From NCBI RefSeq assembly GCF_009914755.1, contig NC_060938.1: a stretch of 64,000 nucleotides of DNA; one strand, 5' to 3'. Shown one piece after another: positions 18,435-64,000 of the stretch. Each line of letters opens with the position of its first letter. Position 1 is the stretch's first letter. Both the position numbers and the translations under genes were made by a program. The notes beneath the pieces are model-generated. The model was not told the origin of the DNA. It made no database searches and saw only the letters and a list, made by a program, of their open reading frames with translations. Source of the stretch: the human T2T-CHM13v2.0 reference genome, Homo sapiens.

Positions 18435-18521
18435 TAGACCATTTCTGAGGATTTTGCTTTAAAGGCTTTACATGCAGCATTCAAGTATCTCATAATATAA
18501 GACAGTCTAGTCTTTCAGAGA

Positions 18522-54913
<36,392 letters not shown>

Positions 54914-55489
54914 GGCCGACTCCCGCGCAGCAGCTTCTGCATTTGCTGTTTCCTACCTGCTCCACCCCTACCAGCTCAGGCGTCAGCACCGCCAGGCCCC
55001 GTAAAGGTTAGGAAGGCCGTCCAACCACCATCTTGATCGAGGGCGGAAGTCTTGGCTAAAGAGACAAAAACAATTACTGTCACTGCCGCGGAGAATACCG
55101 CTACCACGCTGACTGGGGGAAAAAACTATGAAAGAGATGGAAAATGGTTCTCCTTCAGAGGCGACCCAAGCTCACCAAGCCGGATTTTAAAGGCCACGAT
55201 AAGCCCGCGTTTTCCTTTATCGTGTGCCTTTGGCGCGTGCGCACCACGTGACCCAGGAGTTCATTAGTTCCGGCTTGAGGGAAGCGCCTTCTTTCACAAT
55301 TTCTTTTCATTGTTCATTGCGGATATCTGGAAGCCTTCCAGGTCCCCTGAATGTAGTAGACACTTCAGCAGCCGTCTCCTACCCCTTTTGCCACTAAATG
55401 CTTCAAAACTGCCTTTTTTCCTCGCCGCCGGGCCAGGCGGAACGCCTAAGTCCGGGTCAGTCTCGTCCGTCGGCCGGGGCTGGCGCGGT

Positions 55490-55509
55490 GCATCGTGGGC
55501 ACTGTAGTT
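55490..55509 (-). promoter_or_regulatory. ZNF143/THAP11-type SBS motif (AACTACAGTGCCCACGATGC)
   Basis: Matches the ACTACAnnnCCCAnnATGC pattern typical of bidirectional promoters. Confidence 0.75.
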
Positions 55510-55589
55510 TCCGCCGCGTTTATGGCCGCGTTAAGTCTGAGTGCCGCTTTGAGTTGTTGAATGAAGTGAACTTCATTTGTCAGCGTTCG
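55500..55589 (+). other. PRORP: Probable PRORP non-coding exon 1 (donor TCG|gtacgc), splicing to acceptor ctcag| at 55906
   Basis: Donor and acceptor consensus; TSS position estimated. Confidence 0.55.
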
Positions 55590-56199
55590 GTACGCAGTCT
55601 AGGCAGCGCCCTTCCTGTACCTCTCTTCCTTTCCTGAGTCGTTGGCGCAGCTGACTCGCCACCTCCTCCCTCCTCGTCCCCCCACCGGAGGAGTTTTGCG
55701 GTCTGTAGAGAGCTATGCAGGGTGAGGGCCCCTAGACTTCGGCTTTCGCCGCTGTTGGTGGTAGGCTGGAGTTGGGGGTCCCTGGATACGGTTTTGGCTT
55801 TACACCCCCTTTCCAGCAAGCTTCCCGTGGGAATCTGTTCCTTTTCAGGACAGCTGTGATCCACGTGAGTAAAACTGGGCGTTCCGTCTTGTGCTTTTTC
55901 CTCAGGTTCATGAACTGGAATGTAAGAGGCACCAGAGGATTCCTGCTCTGTCCCCTGGTTTGCGGCTTGCGACGTTGGACATCCCCGGATTGTTGTTTAA
56001 TAGAGAAAACTCACCTGCCTTCTTGCTTTTAAGTAGCCCCAAAAGCAGAACCTTGATTTGTCTGTAAGGAAGAAACACAAACCTTTTAAAAAGTTCCACT
56101 TCGACTCTGCACCGCCGACCCCCAATCTCTTTAATTTTGCCATAGAAGAGGGGTTTTTTCAACATCTCTCTCACTATCTGGTGCTGATCTCACTGCATA

Positions 56200-57185
56200 A
56201 TGACTTTCTATTTGTTTGGTATTCGAAGCTTTCCGAAGCTTTGGAAGAGCCCATACCTTGGGCTAGGCCCAGGGCACTCTTATGTGTCGCTGTTTCTGGC
56301 AGACCGCTGTGGCATCAGGAACCAGCAGAGGTTGTTTTCTCTTAAAACAATGTCTCCACAGAATACCAAAGCAACGAATCTGATTGCCAAGGCCAGATAT
56401 CTCAGGAAAGATGAGGGCAGTAATAAGCAAGTTTATTCTGTTCCTCATTTTTTTTTAGCTGGAGCAGCTAAGGAGAGATCACAGATGAATTCTCAAACTG
56501 AAGATCATGCCTTGGCACCTGTGAGGAACACTATTCAACTCCCAACACAACCTTTGAATTCAGAGGAGTGGGATAAACTTAAGGAAGATTTAAAAGAAAA
56601 CACCGGAAAGACCAGTTTCGAAAGTTGGATCATTTCACAGATGGCTGGCTGTCATAGCTCTATAGATGTGGCTAAATCTCTGCTGGCATGGGTAGCAGCC
56701 AAAAATAATGGTATTGTAAGTTACGATTTACTGGTCAAGTATTTGTATCTCTGTGTCTTTCATATGCAGACATCTGAAGTTATTGATGTCTTTGAAATTA
56801 TGAAAGCCAGATATAAGACTTTAGAACCTAGAGGTTACAGTCTTCTCATCCGGGGATTGATCCATTCAGACAGATGGAGAGAAGCATTGTTGCTGTTAGA
56901 GGACATCAAAAAAGTTATAACTCCTTCAAAAAAGAACTATAATGACTGTATCCAGGGAGCTCTCCTTCATCAAGATGTAAACACAGCTTGGAATTTATAT
57001 CAGGAATTGCTAGGTCATGATATTGTTCCTATGTTGGAAACTTTAAAAGCTTTCTTTGATTTTGGAAAAGACATAAAGGATGATAACTATTCAAATAAAC
57101 TACTAGATATTCTTTCATATCTAAGAAATAATCAGCTGTATCCAGGGGAGTCATTTGCACACAGTATAAAAACATGGTTTGAGAG
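56200..57185 (+). CDS. PRORP: Mitochondrial RNase P catalytic subunit (PRORP/MRPP3/KIAA0391), first coding exon: targeting peptide and PPR region
   Basis: 329-codon [19 protein letters not shown]...; donor GAGAG|gtaatt. Confidence 0.97.
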
Positions 57186-59688
57186 GTAATTTTGGTTTTT
57201 TTATATGTATGTTTTTATTCTTTAATTTTTTTTTTTTTTGAGACAGGGTCTTGCTCTGTTGCCCAGACTGGAGTGCAGTGGTGTGTTCATAGCTCACTGT
57301 AACCTCAAACTCCTGGCCTCAAGTGATCCTCTCGCTTCAGTCTCCTGAGTAGCTAAAACCACAGGCATGTGCCACCATACCTGGCTAATTATTTTTAATT
57401 TAATAACTTTAAACCTCAAAGTAGCCATTCTTTTTTGTTGTTAGTTGCTGAGAATCACTCTTCTGATTATACTTTTTTCCATCTCTTAGTAAGATTTATT
57501 TTCTCTTTACGACAAAATTTTCTCTCTTTAAAAAAAGTAACAACATACATAATTTGTGCTAATCTTTACCCATCACATAAAACTGAAATTATATAGCAGT
57601 TTTAATTTTTACATTTTTTTCCTTTTGGAAGGATCATTAATTTTGTTTTCTTAGGCATCTAGTATGATGTGAGTACTTAATACTACTTATGGCCACTGTT
57701 CATAGCAAGAAAAGAATATAGCATTTGACTAGAACTGTCTCTGGCCATATTAGTATTTTCAGAAGTTCCTCTGAAATCTAGCGACTGAGATAATATGCTT
57801 ATATTTATTCTGTCTACTCTCTCCCTTTTTTTTTTTTTTGAGACGGAGTTTTGGTCTTGTTGCCAGGCTAGAGTGCAATGGCATGATCTCGGCTCATTGT
57901 AACCTTTGCCTCCCGGGTTTTCTCCTGCCTCACACTCCTGAGTAGCTGGGATTACAGGCATGCGCCACCATGCCCTGCTAATTTTCTATTTTCTTTTTAG
58001 TAGAGACGGGGTTTCTCTATGTTGGTCAGGCTGCTCTCGAACTACCTCAGGTGATCCGCCTGCCTCGGCCTCCCAAAGTGCTGGGATTACAGGCGTGAAC
58101 CACCGCGTCCGGCCTATTCTGTCTACTATCTATAGTTCATCAACTTGGATGATTAGAGTGGACAGGGGGATATTGATCAAGCCTTATACATAAGCATTAC
58201 AATGGAAAATCTTAACCCTTCCAGTTTGTTTTGGACCTTTCTATCATTTGGCTGCTGTCTCTCTAAAGCTCTCTCCTTTGGTTTGCTTTTGCTTTATTCA
58301 TGTTACTGGGTACATACCTGTTTATTGCTTTAGTCTTTTTTAAAATTTTTGAAAATTTTTACTTATTTTTTAAAATTAATATTCTTTTTTTAAGAGGTGG
58401 GGTCTTGCTGTGTTGACCAGGCTGGACTCAAACTCTTGGCCTCAAGCGATCAGGTGTGAGCCACCATGCTTAGTCATTATTTCTTCATTAATTTGCTTCC
58501 TAAAAATTTGTTCCTTCCCTCTGTTTTTCTCTTGCCTTTTTTTCCCCTATATCATGTTTACGGAGCTTTGAAGCAGTAATTATGCTTAATTATCTTAAAC
58601 TTACTGAAGATCAAGGGAGGAGGAGCCCATTTGTGAAAATCTTTGAATACCAAGGAGTTTGGATTTTATTCTGTTATCAAGAATGCTGGATTTGGCTGGG
58701 TGCTGTGGCTCACGCCTGTAATCTGAGCACTTTTAGAGACTGAGGTGGGAGGATAGCTTGAGGCCAGGAGTTGGAGACCAGCCTGGGCATGGTGAAACCC
58801 TGTCTCTACAAATAATACAAAAATTAGCTTGGCATGGCGGTGTGTGCCGGTAGTCCTAGCTACTTGGGAGGCTGAAGCAAGAGGATCACTTGAATCTAGG
58901 GAGTCAATCAAGGCTGCAGGGAGCTGTGATGGCGCCATGCACTCCAACCTGGGCGACAGAGCAAGACCTTGTCTCAAAAGAAAAAAATAATGCTGGAATG
59001 GAGTTTTACAAAGGCAGTTGCCAAGTGAGAAGAGTAGATAGGAGAGGGATTAAGATTGAAAACAGGGAGATCTGCGTGAATACAATTTTAGGTTTAGGTG
59101 AGAGATGATGAGAATTAAGAACTGAGGAAGGAGAGAAGGCAGTAGAATCATAAGAACTGATGGTAATATGTGGAAGGGGAAGGAGGAAAGGATACATTGA
59201 TTGAACAAATACATCAATACATAGTTTTTGAATGCTTCCAAATAGGCTAGGCATTGCGAGTGTTTTATAAAATCTATTATGACATTCTCAATTTAATTGG
59301 GAATACAGTACCACACAGTGAAATAACAGTGGTGTGTAAGAGGTAAATTACTCTCGGCAGGAGCAATTTCTGGCAGCTTTATGGAGAAGGTAAGAGTTGA
59401 GTTTGGTTTAGAGGTTATGCTACTAAGGTCAGCCGCTTTTGGTAGACTTGAAGATGAGAGTTATTTGTTGGGAGGAGAACCACAGGGAAGAAGGAGATCC
59501 AGAGCAGAGTACCAGCAGCTTCTTAACCCCATCCAGGATAGCAGCCACTTTTTAAATTAAACCATTCTACAGAAGTATCTTGAACTTTTCGGACTTCTTG
59601 CTTATAAGAGTTTCCAAATACCATGAATATCTTTCATTTCAGTAGGAATCTAACCTTCTCATGATTTGGTTTTGCAATCTTTTCATAG

Positions 59689-59736
59689 TGTTCCTGGAAA
59701 ACAATGGAAAGGACAATTCACCACAGTCCGAAAAAG
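59689..59736 (+). CDS. PRORP: PRORP second coding exon (SVPGKQWKGQFTTVRKS)
   Basis: 48 nt, phase 2/2; catag acceptor, gtgaag donor. Confidence 0.93.
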
Positions 59737-60432
59737 GTGAAGACCAATGTTTATTTTTAACTTGTTTGATTTTGGTTTAGTAGGTTTTGTTGCTATTAAT
59801 TGAAAAATATTTAAGAACACCTTAAGGGTAGGATAATTACAAGTTTGTAATTAGAGTATCTGAGGAAAAAAACATACTTTGCATACAGAGACTTAGCAGT
59901 GCCCAAAATGTTTTTCCTGTGAGTACTGTGAACCTATATGAAGTCTTAGAGATGTTTTTTCCCTAGAGGTTCCAGACCCAGTTGTGTTTTAGGATTTATT
60001 TATTTATTTAATTCACCAATATGATATTCCACAGGATAGGAATTACTTTAAAAATGTCATCTGAGCTGGGCGCGGTGGCTCACGCCTGTAATCCCAGCAC
60101 TTTGGGAGGCCGAGGCAGGCAGATCACGAGGTCAGGAGATTCGAGACCATCCTGGCCAACATGTTGAAACCAAGTCTCCACTAAAAATACAAGACCCTGT
60201 CTCAAAAAAAAAAAAGTCATCCAAACGGCCAATCTACTTTTTTGGGTTTTCTGGCACACTAATTTGTGATATTATCAGGTTTACAAAAAATTAGATGTAT
60301 GTGATTATCACAAAGGTTTTAATGTTCTTTTTTATTACCTTTTAATTTCCTCATTGTTCATTTCACAAATTTTTTTCCCCAGAACATTATTCGACATATT
60401 TAAATATTATTATTTAACAATTATAATTACAG

Positions 60433-60565
60433 TGGCCAGTGTTCGGGCTGTGGAAAAACCATAGAGTCTATTCAGCTGAGTCCAGAAGAATATGAATGTC
60501 TTAAGGGAAAAATCATGAGGGATGTGATAGATGGAGGTGACCAGTACAGAAAGACAACACCTCAG
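60433..60565 (+). CDS. PRORP: PRORP third coding exon ([12 protein letters not shown]...RKTTPQ) with zinc-ligand CxxC (C348/C351); gene continues past the window
   Basis: 133 nt; tacag acceptor, gtgagt donor; frame continuous. Confidence 0.95.
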
Positions 60566-60607
60566 GTGAGTCTAACAAGTTTTATTTCTTCTTGGATTGC
60601 TTGTCTA

Positions 60608-60822
60608 GAGCAGGGGTTAGCAATTTTTGTAAAATGCCAGATACTAAATATTTTAGGCTTTGTAGGTCATCGGTCCCTGTTGCAACTTTTCAACTCTGCT
60701 GTTGTAGTTAAGACATCCATAGATAATACATAAATGAATAGACATGGCTGTGTTCCAGTAAACTTTATTCATGAAAACAAGCAGTAGGCTGGATTTGGCC
60801 TGCTGACTACAATTGCCAACCT
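60608..60822. mobile_element. MER58-like hAT element
   Basis: caggggttagcaa..ccagatactaaatattttaggctttg..ggctggatttggcc. Confidence 0.7.
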
Positions 60823-61059
60823 TTCGGAGAGATTGCTTTAGAATTTCGTAGAATAATTGGGTTAGACCATCATCTGTTGAAGTCAATCCTATTATATTGG
60901 GGCATAATAAGTGCACTTAAACTAAAAAGATGCTTATTCTTTCTGTAAGTGCTTCCAGAAAACTATGTTCAAGTAGACTGCCATGAAAACATTGTAGTTT
61001 CTCACAACTTTTCTAGTCAAGAGAGTTTAGAGTAACTTAAGATTATTTACAGATTTTCT

Positions 61060-63440
<2,381 letters not shown>

Positions 63441-63549
63441 TTTTTTTTTCATTGAGATGGAGTCTCACTCTGTCGCCCAGGTTGGAATGGAGTGGCACGA
63501 TCTCAGCTCACTCCAACCTCCGCCCCCACTGGGTTCAAGTGATTCTTGA

Positions 63550-63918
<369 letters not shown>

Positions 63919-64000
63919 TGAGGCAGTCACTCTGTCGCCCAGGCTGGAGTGCAATGGCGCGATCTCAGCTTACTGCAACCTCCGCCTCCTGGGTTCAAGT

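Noticed and set aside
55849-55864. 16-nt AG/GT-bounded microexon upstream of PRORP exon 2
   Set aside because: The downstream intron to 55906 would be only 41 nt; the sites could be used alternatively but not together.

Overview
Human genomic DNA (a human-specific AluYb8 is present), recognisable as the FAM177A1 / PPP2R3C / PRORP locus on chr14q13. It holds the last three coding exons and 3' UTR of FAM177A1 (+), the complete 13-exon PPP2R3C gene (-; exons reconstructed by hand give 1362 nt = 453 aa + stop), a shared CpG-island bidirectional promoter, and the first three coding exons of PRORP/KIAA0391/MRPP3 (+). The introns are very Alu-rich and also carry L1 (one with a twin-priming inversion), Tigger2, MaLR/ERV1 LTRs, MIR/L2 and MER elements. 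The most unusual signals are: (1) a chimeric intronic insert made of exact copies of both ends of PPP2R3C intron 3, which creates a candidate in-frame 12-nt microexon; (2) a cluster of further templated or fold-back insertion scars; (3) a probable retrocopy of the 3' UTR of SET (a PP2A inhibitor) lying antisense inside this PP2A-subunit gene; (4) a young AluYb8 whose only differences from consensus are five A/T->G/C changes. Gene, repeat and SET identifications are from recall, not database searches, and repeat boundaries are approximate.
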